64,000 nucleotides of DNA from an uncultured Clostridia bacterium. GTDB taxonomy: Bacteria > Bacillota > Clostridia > Christensenellales > UBA1242. Positions 1 to 13,200 of the stretch are shown here, in pieces (the first letter of the stretch is position 1; every line of letters starts with the position of its first letter). The notes under the pieces are model-generated. The model saw nothing but the letters and a program-made list of their open reading frames with translations. It was not told the DNA's origin and did no database searches. Location of the stretch: assembly GCA_944377455.1 (NCBI GenBank), contig CALWEZ010000001.1, positions 4,894-68,893 of the forward strand. The letters run 5' to 3'. The position numbers and the translations under genes were made by a program.

Positions 1-690
1 CCAAAGGCGCTTATCGAATATTTAACGAATTTAGCCAACTCCAACTTTGAAATTTGGCGTAAGAACAATCCAAGTCTCGACGTTGAAGAATTTCCATTTG
101 ACGGCTTCAACATCACGGCAAATCGTCCAGTTTTTGACATTGTGAAGTTGAACGACATCTCAAAAGATATGATTTCCAAGTATTCAGCCGAAACTTGCTA
201 TCAAAAACTCCTTGCGTGGGCAAAGGAATTTTCGATGGAGAATGTTGACTATCTTGAAAAGGATAAGGACTATGTTCTAAAAGTGTTAAACATCGACAGA
301 GAAAAACCAAAGCCGAGAAAGGATATATATAAGTGGAGCATGGTGCTAGATTACTTTGGCTATATGTTCAGCGCGCCAAAATCTTATCAAATTGAAGAGA
401 GTGAAAGAAAGAAATTCGAAGAGGTGCTTCGCGCATACAAAAAATATATTGACCTGAGCGATAAAGACAACTGGTTTAACGGCATTAAAGATATGGCAAA
501 GACCTTAGGTTATGCCACGGACAACAAACAGTATAAGCAAAACCCTGAAAAATTCAAGGGCAATGTGGCAAAGGTCTGTGAGTTTTTAAGAGTGGCAGTT
601 ACAGGACACAAAGACTCTCCTGATCTATTTGAAATTATGAACATCTTAGGTAAAGACAAAGTTTTGGAGAGAATTTCATTAATAGTTTAA
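1..690 (+). CDS. gltX: Glutamyl-tRNA synthetase, C-terminal part (5' end lies outside the window)
   Basis: Frame 1 is open from nt 1 (PKALIEYLTNLANS...RPVFDIVKLNDIS...). The C-terminal CEFLRVAVTGHKDSPDLFEIMNILGKDKVLERI matches the conserved bacterial GluRS tail (RVAxTG..SPxLFExMxxLGK). A terminator follows. Confidence 0.75.
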   Translation, partial: PKALIEYLTNLANSNFEIWRKNNPSLDVEEFPFDGFNITANRPVFDIVKLNDISKDMISKYSAETCYQKLLAWAKEFSMENVDYLEKDKDYVLKVLNIDREKPKPRKDIYKWSMVLDYFGYMFSAPKSYQIEESERKKFEEVLRAYKKYIDLSDKDNWFNGIKDMAKTLGYATDNKQYKQNPEKFKGNVAKVCEFLRVAVTGHKDSPDLFEIMNILGKDKVLERISLIV

Positions 691-708
691 TTTTTAAATA
701 AAATTTTT

Positions 709-734
709 AGGATGTAAATTTACATCCTTTTTTA
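709..734 (+). terminator. Rho-independent terminator after gltX
   Basis: Perfect hairpin AGGATGTAAATTTACATCCT followed by a T6 run. Confidence 0.75.
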
Positions 735-1211
735 TTTATTTAAAAAAATTTTTATTTATTTTGAAAACAATTAAAATAATTAAAAAAATAAATTTTGAAA
801 TATTTTATTAAATTTTTCGGCAAATTTTACAAAGATTTTTCGACGTTATAATACGCAACTTTACACCATAAAAATTTTTAAATAAATAAAAAATGCATAA
901 AAATTGTCTTAAAAATGCAAAAAAATTGAAAAAATATTGATTTTTTCTCAATTTTTGCCTATTTTTCAATTAATTTTTTAATTTTTTAATTATTTTTAAT
1001 GTTTTTCAATTTAATTAAATTTTAATTTTTATTTTAATTTTGGCGTTTTTAATTTATTTTTATTTTGTGATATTTTATCGTTTAAAACTTTTTATTCTCG
1101 CGAGTGAGAAAATTTAATTATTTTTGCTAACACGAGAAAGTTTGCTAAAATCCAAATAAAAGTTGCCATTATATATAAAATATATTTATAGCAGATAGTT
1201 TTATTATTTAT

Positions 1212-1240
1212 TTGCTTTTCTATGCGATTTTTATTATAAT
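1212..1240 (+). promoter_or_regulatory. Sigma-70/SigA-type promoter of the giant gene
   Basis: TTGCTT, 17-nt spacer, TATAAT. It ends 31 nt upstream of the ATG at 1272, with GAGG RBS in between. Confidence 0.55.
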
Positions 1241-1271
1241 AGAAATGTAGATAAAAATAGAAGAGGTTGAT

Positions 1272-4200
1272 ATGAAAGTTAAAAGTTTGTTAATATCGCT
1301 ACTATTAATTTTTGGAGGGTCGATAGGAGCCTTTGCTCTTTCACTGCCTGCGCTTTCCACTCAGGCGGTCAGCGTGGACGCTAGCGTTTGGGACGGTACA
1401 TATGCAACAAGCGTCAATACGGACGATGTTGACATTTTAGGCTTTAACTCGGCAGGTAATGAGACATCTCTTTCATCGGCAACCACCATAAGAATTTACA
1501 CCGCAAAAGGTTTTTCGTATTTTGCAGGTCAAGTAAATAACGGCACAACCTATGCGAACAGAACTATCTACCTTGAGTGCGATATAGACCTAAACAATCA
1601 ATCTTGGACGCCGATTGGCGGAAGCACAACATATTTCATGGGAACTTTTGACGGAAATAACAACACAATCTATAATTTAAGAAATAATTCTTCGTATTCC
1701 ACCTTTGGACTATTTGCGAGAGTGGAAGGCGAGATTCAAGATGTAAACCTTGTTGGAGTTGACATTTCGTATTCTGGCACGCTCTCTTCTTCGCAATATG
1801 TGGGTGCGATTGCGGGCGAACTACATGGTGGCAGTGTGGTTGGTGTTAGTGTTAAGGGGAGCGTTAACTCGAGTGCCTATAGTTCACTTTCCTATGTCGG
1901 CGGTCTTGTCGGTTACGCGCATGACGCAGGAAACAGCGACAATGACACCTCTAGCCCTGCAATAATTGAAAATTCTGTGAATTACGCTTCAGTTTCAGGT
2001 GTTTCTAATGTTGGCGGACTTGTCGGCTATGCATATGGCGATGTTAGAATTGAGACATCTGCAAATCTTGGAGATGTTTCAAACAATAGAAACTCCTCCA
2101 CATCAAGCATAAACATCGGCGGACTTGTGGGAAGAGAAAACTCAACAACTGGCAAATACTTAAGAATAACAAACGCCTTTAATAACGGAGATATAACTCT
2201 TGTTGCATCCACTAACAATGTCGATGTTAGGGCAGGCGGACTGCTCGGTAGTTCTGACAGTGTTAGGTCTGGCTCGACGCTGGCAAACTACTTTAAATTT
2301 CAATACGTCTATAACGGCGGTGATTTTTCTGTCACGGGATATTCAAGTGCTTCAAATAGGTCGGTCTATATCGGCGGACTTGTCGGATTTGCTGACAGTC
2401 CAATCGATGTGTTTACGGATGATTATTTGATTAGTTACTCATTCAATGTTGGCAATCTTGTTTCAGTTGACAATTCCTCAAGTTTTTCAAATCTTGGCAG
2501 TAGATTTCATTTCAGAGAGATAATCGCAACAACGCTTTCGCAAAATGTGGCTTTGGGTGTCAGCCAAAACGATGTTTTCTATGACTATGACGCGCCATAT
2601 CAAGTTTTTTACACATCTTCTATCTACAACGACCTTACAAATTTAATCAGAGTGACTCATCTTGACGGAAGAGCGACATCGTATGAATTTTTGTCGACCG
2701 CGCCAGATAAGACAGACGGAGTCTATGGTGTTAATTTCGATTTTTATGACGGAACAGACGGCTATTGGCTTCTTAGCGAAACGGTGAACGAGGGTTTGCC
2801 ATATCTTTATACCGCATCAAACACCGAAGATGCCAATGAGGACTGGGACACGACCCTTGTTGGAGAATGGGAAGGCGACGGAACTCTTGCTTCTCCATAT
2901 CTAATCTACACTGCTGAAGATTTGGCGCTTGTTGCAGATAATTATAATGCTGGTGCTTACAGCGAAACAAGCGTGACGTATTTTTCTCTTCAAAACGACA
3001 TTGATTTGAGTTCAAGGGCGTGGGAGCCTATCGGCGTCAACAATTATTCCTTCAAAAATGCAGTGTTTGACGGAAATGGTCACACCATATCTGGCATAAA
3101 CTGCTCGCTTCAAGTGGACTACAACCAAAGCGTTGGTCTTTTCGGCACGATAGAAAATGCGGTTGTTAGAAATGTTATTATCGAAGATTTTAGGTTTGTC
3201 GGCAGTGCAATGACGTCTATCAATCGTGCAACGCTCGTTGGAAGCGCGGTGAATTCCTATATCATAAACTGCGTGGATAACACAGGCTATGTTTATGATG
3301 ACTTAACAGGCTCTGCTGTTCGCACAATCGCAACCGCCTCTTCTTCCTACCTTATCTATGGGCAAAACAACATAAGCGGTGGCTCTTACACTAACGGCAT
3401 GACAAATATTTCTTCTTCTACCTCTCGCGCTTTGAGAGTGGGCGTTGAAACTTTCCTAAACACTGAAGGTGGCTTGGTGTATGATGAGGTTTTGTCGACA
3501 GAAAATAGAGCAATCACACCGCACCTTGGTGACGGACGCTTTGTTATGGTGGATAATAGTGTTGTTTCTGTAACGCTTGATAGTTCCATCAATCTTTACG
3601 ACACAACATATATGTCATCTCTTCCAGTGGATACCATCGAGGCGTATGAAGATGATGACTACAACAACAGTTTCTACATCGTCAAAGAGGGCTACAAAAT
3701 TGTGGAAGATGGCTATACTTGTGGTGGCGCTTTATTATCAAATTTATCAGGCACAAATTCTTGGACAGATTTAATCAACTTAGGCATAACTGCCGTTTGG
3801 GAAAGTGCGGAAGATGTCGAGTTTAAAGTTTACTATAACTCCTATGAGAGATATTGGCACACGGTGGCAAGAACTGACGGAGCAGTGAACTACGCTGGTG
3901 TTGAGGGCGCAGACGGAACTGTTGATGCCACATACGACCATGAAAACGACAAATTTGTGACCATCAATATGCCATACAACACTTTCAACAGCATGGCAGG
4001 ACTGCAAGAAGAGTTGACGGAAGTGGTTGGTGGATTGGAAAGGGAGAACTTTGAGATTGCTGGTGTCTACGAAACCTTTGAGAATGGTATCTATGGCGGA
4101 ACAGACCTAATATCTTCTGAACAATCAAATGCAGGGTTTTTCTACAACACAAATGGCGAATATTTCTTAAAATGGCAAGGGACCGACAACAACGCCTACG

Positions 4201-7200
4201 TGATAACCATAAACTTTGCCGACACTGCTTTTTCAAATGTGGGTGGATACGCCGACAGGTTTGACTGGAACGAAGCGATTGACACAATCACCATCAATTA
4301 CTATTCAACTGGGAATAATGGCTTGCTTAGCGTTGTTGAAAGTCAAACTTTTGACGCAAGTAAAGTTATAGATGGTCAGTTTAGATATAACTACTCGACT
4401 GATGCAGTGGATGAGTATTTTGAGTATATTGAAATTCAAGTTGAGTTAAAATTTGGTTTCACTTATGATATGGCAACATATTCTAATTACTTTAGTGGAC
4501 CTTCTAACATTGCTGGTAATGACGATTATGCAACATACGTTGAAACTTACGGCAGTGCGTATGTGATTTCGCCAACTGGAATAACCGATTGGAATGTTCA
4601 AAATAGGCAGGAAGTGGCTTCTTATAGGTTTGGTCAGGCGGTTGGAGATGTGGAACTAGATTTGAAGATTGCACGTTCTTCTAACTCCTTCACTCTGAAC
4701 TTAGGAGAGGGGGTTTACTATGCTCTCGCCTTGCCAAGTGAAATTTCAAATTCTGGCTTCTTTGAAATTTTCACAGGTGAAGGGGATGACGGATATGTCA
4801 CTCTTCAAGAATACAACGAATATTTCTTCTCCAACATAGGTAACACAGGTTTTGTCTTTGGTTTAAATATGTTCGACAACTATATGCTTTCAACCGCACG
4901 CACTTTTGATATGGAGTCAACCACAAATTACATAAATTTTAATAACGACACCAATTTTGAATATTTGCTTGTCAGGTTGTATTTTCCTGAAAATACGCAA
5001 GGTAGTCAATATGAATATTATCTCTACGAATTTGGCGAGATAATGAATGATAATGTTGAGACTTTGACGCAAACTCTCTACTTGGTCGAGCCAGTGGAAA
5101 GTGCAACAACTCGCCAAACAACAGGACTTTTGACCTACAATGGTTATACCTTTAGAGTGCTTGATAGAATTGCCAGCATTGAAAGAGAAAGTGACGCCGT
5201 GCCAAACGAAAATGGCAGTTTGGACTATCAAGTCAATTTCTACACCAATCAGGAATTTGGACTTATCTTCTCCACCGAAAATTCTGACAATTACATGGTG
5301 GAATATGCTGGTCAAAGAGATAGCACTTTTGAGGTGCTAATGCCAGTAGAAAACATACAAAATGATAATTTACAAAAGATATATTATGACTTTTCAAGGG
5401 CAAAGGAGAATGGCGACAATTTCTATTCAGTTTCCGTTTTTCTAGGCGCTTCCAGCGATGCAGAGGGCATTATTGAAATTGCTCAACAGAGAATAACGGC
5501 AAAAGTCAGCATTCAATTCGTCGACGAAAATGGCAATATTCTCGAAGGAACTGAAGATATGCCACTTCCAACCATATATCTATCTTTAAATGGGATGGGT
5601 GTGCCAGACCAAGATGTTGGAAGATGGACAAGATATACAGAAGGCTCTCAAATCACCATAAGTCCTCTTTCTTCTAAGTCTATGTCACTAAGAATAGTGA
5701 ATAATGAGTATTACCAATGGACATATAGGCAAGATAATCAAGAGTCGACGGCGGTTAGATTTAGTGAATTCTCTGGGCAAGCAAATGGTGCATATGAGGA
5801 CGACGGAACGGCAGGAACACTTGACTCGCAGTTATATCTAAATATCACAAGAGATGGAAGCCTATTTGACGCCGAGGGCCATCCATATGATTACGAAGAA
5901 TTGAATCAAGGCTCACACTTTTATAACTATTTTGCAGTCAATGAGCCAGTGGATTCCAGTGAAGCCATCTTAGGCGTCACAGGCTTAATATATGAAAGTG
6001 AAAGAACGGCGTTTGATTTTCTGATGCTTTACAACGAATCTGAAGTGGCATCTAGTGGCAGACTACAATACCTGCCAAACTATGACTTTGTTTTAACCTT
6101 TGTTTTGAAGAATGTGGACTATAGCGTCAATATCGAGACGAAATACAGGCAGACAACCGACGGCGAACTATACGACGACAACACCAACAAAAGTGAGGTT
6201 TGGACGGAAGAGACCAGCGGAGCAGTGGTTGATCTTGGCGCTGATTCTAGTTTCGGTGTTAGAACGTATAGTGCTGAGGTTTCTACTCGCTCAGCTAGAG
6301 CAAATTCCACTTCAGGTTACACGTTTGCAGGTTTCCAAATTGTGACCGATAATGATGACGCTGTTGTCAGTGAATACATCAGCCACGACACTGAGGCGAA
6401 ATTTGAGTCGATGATTTCCTTCCTTGAAGACTATAGCGATTATCTCGAGTTTGACAGCGGTAAAGACAGTTACACGGTGGATATTCAAGCAATCTATTTA
6501 AGTAACACCATAAACTATGAGGCAAGCGGAAGCGGTGATTTGACAAACATCACCGATGGAAGAACGATAATTGAAAACTATAATGGAACGGACGCGATAA
6601 GGTATCTCTCTCAAGGCATCTCAGAGTCTCGTGGACTTAGTTATGGCACATATTATTACGGCAATAGCGCCATGGGAAATATCGACGATTTAGGCGCTGG
6701 TGATTTTACCTTTGAGATGAATGAATACTATTCCAATCGTTACACTTTCACAGGTGTTGCGCTTATGGATGAGACTAATTATCTTCTCGCAGGCGGAAAT
6801 TATGACGAGAGTCTATATTTGGCGAAATTTGACGCGACGACCTATCCAGAGCAAGTGACAATTTCAAACAGCGGTTTAAACACGATAAGTGCCGATGGCG
6901 ATTTGGTTAAGAATTATTTAAAAGATAATATAGGTTCTCTCTCAGGTCAGACTATTTATATCGTTCCAATTGTCGAGCAAAAGACACTTTTAGTTTCTGT
7001 GACATCTGGGGCGAGCACTGACGAAATTGTCTATGATATTGACGGAAATGAGACAACAAATAACGAAGTTCAATTAGTTTTCTATTACAACACCGCAACC
7101 AATGTGGAATTTGATAAAGAATATTTGAAAACTAAAGAGAACGAGTATGAAAGTTACTACCTTGTAAGCACTCAAGACAGCGTGATTTTAAATGAATATT

Positions 7201-10200
7201 TCAGCAAAAAACAGGGGCATCAAGTGAATGGCTGGGTTGTCTATAACAGCGACGAAACAGAGACGACTCCAATATTCATATCCTATTATAGATTAGATGA
7301 AAACTACTTTACATCTCAGTATGCCGACGAATCGGGTGAGGCAGATTATCGCGTGCATATCGAGAGAAATTACACTCCAAACACCTACTATATCAACTAT
7401 TCAAGTGGTGACGAAAGAGTGGTGGGAAGCGATATTTATGGCATTGCAACAGGCTCAACCACAAGCACGCTTGCTTTGGTAAATTCGGAAACGCAAATTG
7501 CCACAAACGGCTTTAGTATCACTGGCTATACTTTCACAAATTGGAACACAAATATTGACGGCACAGGAAGGAGTTTTGAGGCAGGAGAGGTGGTAGACGA
7601 AAACCTTTGCACTGGTGATGATGGCGACACCTCAATCACGCTATACGCTCAGTGGGAGGCAAAGAACTATAGCGTCGAGATTGTTTTTAACGGCGGAACT
7701 TATAGCGACGAAGAAAGTTTAGTGCTAAACAATATCACCTACAACACAACTCTCTCAGCACTTAGCGACATTGTGCCTACGCGAGCAGGCTTCACATTTG
7801 ATGGCTTCTACACCATGTCGCCAACTGGAATTAAATCTGATTTTTATCTAGTTGACGAAAATACCTATTTAAATAGTTCAGTCTATGGCTTTAATGACGT
7901 GGAGAATAATGTGGCACTGACAATCTATGCCACATGGCGTTACACGGGCGATGTGACCTTTACTATCGACGATAATTCAAGGACATATGCCTACACTGGC
8001 GAGAATATTTCAACACCTATTTCAAGTTATGTTCTAAACGGCACAAACTTAGAATTCAGTTATGATGACGAATTTACTATATCAAGCGCATACACTGATG
8101 TGGCTGTAAGTTATGAATTTTCAGGTGCCATCTTTGACGGAAACAACATCGTTTTAGGTAGCAACAACGTTGGAACATATTACGTATATATCAATTTGAC
8201 CTTGACGGACGAAAGCGAATTTTATCCAACTGGCGAGATTGCCACGCTTCAGGGAGAATTTGTCTTTATAATAGAGCAAGCAAATATCGACTATACATAT
8301 TCTTCTGATTATTCGCTTTATTATGAAAACATAAAGTATCTCGTATCCTTGATAGAAGCGGAAGAAGAGATAGAGAGAGTAAACGGCTATGGCAGTTTCA
8401 CAAATATGATGAACTCGCTTAAAGGCGACGGCGTCGTGGACGACTATGCGACCATAAACAACACCTATGAATATCTCTTTATGAAATATTTCAACATGAT
8501 AAACACAAGGGTAAACAGCGTCGAGAACTATGAAACCTTCATGAAATTTAGAAATTGGACTTATGACGATTATCTTTCCTACTACGAAAACGCCTTCTAT
8601 TTCTCAAATGGTGACGATGTTGGAGATGAGGAACTGTCGAACTTAACTGGCGTTAGAGCCACACGCGCAAGTGTGCTAGCAAGCGCTTTCCTATTGAGTT
8701 ATGATGTCAACAACATTATAAGGTCGGCGGTTCTATATGGAGATGACGCATCGGGAATATATAGTGCTTCGCAATTTGTTTTGACTTCACCAACTGCGGT
8801 GAATGTTGCAAGCGAAATTCAAATAGACAGCATTGAGGTTATCTCTTCCAACAACATGCGAACAAATTCATCCTATGAGGTAAGAGCGTATTTAAGTGCT
8901 TCGTCAAATGCGAGTCTAAATAATTATAATTTGCAATTTATAACCGAAAATGGAAACAACAGATATTATATCTCCCTTCCTAACGCATATATGCTTTTGC
9001 AAGTTTTAAAACTTGAGAATAATAGTTTGGTTCAATCAACTTTCTATAATATAAACGCAACTGAGATTCAAGTGGAGTATGCAGGAAGTAGTCAAGACAC
9101 CTATCTTCATGTGCTTGACCGATTGACCTACACGCAGTTAGAAGAAAACTCTAACCTATATATCAACCTACAACTTACCACATCCAATATCGGCAACAGC
9201 GACCACGACACTGTGTATAATTTCTACATACCAGAAAACCATTTCAATTTCTCAAGCTATCAAGTGCTTTCGGTTGTGAACGACCTTGCAACCAATGTGA
9301 CCAGCGATGTCAACTTGATTCTTTCTGAAGATTTTTCTTACACGATATATAACGTGAATGAGACAGCGCAAATAACGATAAATCCACGCCTTTTAACTAA
9401 GGTTGACGGCTTCACAGATGTGATAGATGTTGACGAACAATTCTATGAAAACTTATTCAGTGTGACCAGTTTCACATATAGTCTCGACGGCATAGACGAA
9501 ATAACCGTGGAAAATAGCCAAGGCTTAACAGACGGCAGATATTTCTCAGAGGACGGCGGAGTGCTTTTGTTTGAGATAACAAACAACAACTCAGGCGCTC
9601 CAGTCATCATAAGCACTGAGCCTTTGACCTCCATCGTCATTCAAGTGGCAACAAGATTAGGGCAATACATAAGACTGATTGATATTGGTCAGACGGAAAC
9701 CACAAGTTTTGAAGGCGACGGAATAAGGTCGACAGGCGAGTATGTTTTTGATTTAAGCGAAACATCCAACGAGATAGAATATATCGAAGGAGTGGTCACC
9801 GAGGTGGATTACCACGCCGCCTTCAGCGATTTAGTGAGAGTGGTGACAGATTACAACTTGCCTTCAAATAATAACCAAATGCTTTCCTATTTGCAACTTG
9901 CTGTGGACACAAGCGAAGACATCATCTTCCCATATGAAAGTTACCTATCATGTGAAACTCTTAACTATGTTTCAAGCGACGGCTCGGAAGCAGTTTACAC
10001 CACCATCTTCACAGGCGCGAACGGCACATATGTTGGCGTGACAGATAACGTCTTTGAACAGGTGAACCTCAAGGCTTACTGGGGAATAGGCGATGTCATG
10101 CCTGCCTCACTCGGTGTGACATATAGACAAAGCGTTGGCACGCTTGAAAGTGTCGCAAGTTATGATGTTGGCGTGTTCTCTTCTGCAAACAGCGAATATT

Positions 10201-13200
10201 TCACCTACAACTATGAGATGGTATATACTGGAGTGGATGGTGACTTAAACGAAGTTGTGGCGCAAAGCGACAATATCAATAGACTTATCTATTATCTCGA
10301 TAACGGCGGAACGCTTAATGATAATGGTCTCTATCAAATAAGAATCACAATCACAATGAAAGAGGAATATAGATATATCCTATCCAACCCTGAAGATTTT
10401 GAAATTGTAAATTCCGATGTTGTGTTTGAGATAGATTTACAACCAATTCACATCGTTGGCATAGAGTATGTTGGCGAAGACGAAATTGAGTATGACGCGC
10501 AAGACCACACAAACAGCTTTTCACTCAATGTTTCCTACCTTATGTATGATGCTTCAATAGATGGATATGACAGCGAAGATGTGCAATCGGTAAGTTATGT
10601 CTATAACCAAGAGGGCTTATTTGATATAACGATTAATAGAGATAGCAGTGTTGTCACATCGATGGTCAATGTCGGTGAATATTCGATAGATTTCACTATC
10701 GACGAAAGTTATTATCTCTTTGACGGCGAAGTCACAACAAACTTTATAGCAAACATCGTGCCTTGCACCATCGATTTAAAGGTTGAAGATATAAACCTTT
10801 CAAAAAAATTCAATATGACTGACCCAATTTTACAACACACCATCAGCATAAACGGAGAGACTTTGCAATTTAACCTTCTTAGAGACGGCGGTGAAGATAT
10901 TGGAAACTACAATCTATATCTAAACTCTAATAACGGCTTTGTATGTTCCAATCTCGCCACAAACTATCAAATTGTCTATGGCGATGTCGTTCTTTACGAC
11001 GGCACTTTGCAGAATTTAACAACCCAAGTTGGCTTATTCACAATCACAGCCTCTGACACCTTGAGACTATCATGGACAGGTGGCAACATAGTTGTCAACT
11101 ATAGCGCTGACGGCTACAAGTTGCAAATTGCTGACGGTCAAGTTGTTGCGTATGCTGGCGACGCAGAGACGGCGCGTAGAACCTTGACGGTTTACGATGT
11201 TGCAACAGGCGAATATGTCTCATCCAACCTATCACTTATTGAAGAGTTATTAAACTATGACAATCTAACGCTTATGCTCTATAATTCCTCAAGTTTAGAG
11301 ACAGTTTACGACAGCGCTATCTATGAAATTCGAGTGGTAGTCAAAGAAGATGCAGAGATTTCAAACTACTATAACAACATCATCTTTGATGAAGCGTATG
11401 TCTTTGAGATACTGCCAGTGCAGGTTGACATCTCTGACAGCACAAGATTTTCCTTTAACAAAGACTATGACGGCAACAACACTCTTCGCGTTGACTTAAA
11501 CGGCGATGTTGTCGGTGAGAACTACGAAGGTGTGTATATTCTTGCCACCTTTGCCACCTACCATGCAGGCGAGAATATAAGGGTAAGTTTAAGTTTGGGA
11601 GCAACTGAAGGCTACAATGCAAACAACTATTCGCTTTCATCTTCAACTGCACGCGGAACAATCTCAAAGCGTGACGCCATAATCAACGTTTCAGCACGCT
11701 ATGACGAAGGCGAAGATAGTTACACCTATGGCGAGTTAAGTCGAACAAATCTAGCCGAAAATCTCAACATCTCCGTGCTAAGTTTGGACGGGACGCAAGA
11801 TTTGACCGACATATTCTATCTGTCGACCTACACTTTGAACCTTGACTTAGAGAACGCAAACGCGAACAGACTTGGCTTCTATTATCAAGGCTCATATTCA
11901 GTTAGAATTGTAAGTTCTTCCTTTGCTGATTTCAATATTGAGACTATCAATGGTGACAATGTCACAATTTCACCATACACTTTCAATTTAAGTTTGCCAG
12001 AAAACTACATCACAATAACCACCGTGGATGTTGTTTCGACTTACTCTGACACTCAAACCTATGCTTTAACAGGCGACGTCATCACTCTGTCATACAGACC
12101 TGTTGGCTTAACGCAAGGCGAGTTAGGCGCGGAAGGGCAATATGACCTAGAACTCAACGGCTCAAATAGTTTTATCGAAGGCAGTATTATCGTCAACCTT
12201 TCGGCGATAGACTCCTTCCAAATCGTTGCCACAGAAGAAATTATCTTCTTAAGATTTAATGACGAAAAATTGCTTAACTTGGATTATAATGGCTACACCT
12301 ATAATATGAGTGTTGAAGGCAACAATTTTGTTATTAAAAACGCCAACAACTCTTCAGTCAACATACCTTTCACTTTGTATAGAAAAACTGGCGCAGGTGA
12401 CGAGCAGTTTGCAGGTGCTGTGATCTCTGTCATCATCTGCATAAATAACGACGCAAGGAGTTTTAGAGATGCAGGAAGCTACAGGCTAAATCTTCAAGTT
12501 GAAGCAGAAGGCGCAGTCAACTTTGCCTTCTATGATAACTACTTTATCAATGTTTCGCCTATCGAAATTAACACAACAAACTTAAATTTAACAAAGACCT
12601 ACGACGGCACAAATAGGCTGGAAAACATCGACTTTGCTGAACGCGTGGATGACGGCGTGGTGAGCGACGATGTTTCCATCACTGCAGTGTTTGCATCAAG
12701 TCAGGTGGGTGAAGGCATCGATGCGACGCTCTACCTTATCGGCACATCTGCTGGAAACTATCGCTTTGTGGATGACAACGACCAAGCCGTTGGAAATATC
12801 GTGAGAGCGAATGCAACAATCGCACTTGCGAGTGAGAGTTACACATATGGCTCCATCATGGCTGACTCCACTTTCCTATATGTTGTGACCTCAAATGAGA
12901 GAACTGTTTCAACAACCGAATACTCTGTTAGTTCGACCATTCAAAATGGCGAATATTCAAGTGGCGGATATTTGGTTGTTGGTGGCTACTCGCTCGCACT
13001 TTCCATAACGAGCAACAACTACAACATCTCTCCAACCTCGCTCACGTTCAGCGTAACGCCATTCAGTCTTAATTTCACATTCACAACCGACGGCGTGTAT
13101 AGAACAAGTTATGGCTCAGACGAAAGCCATGAAAACACGTTTGTGCGTGACTATTCCACAATTTTTGGCGACACCATCGATGTGACCTTCACAAGAGAAA

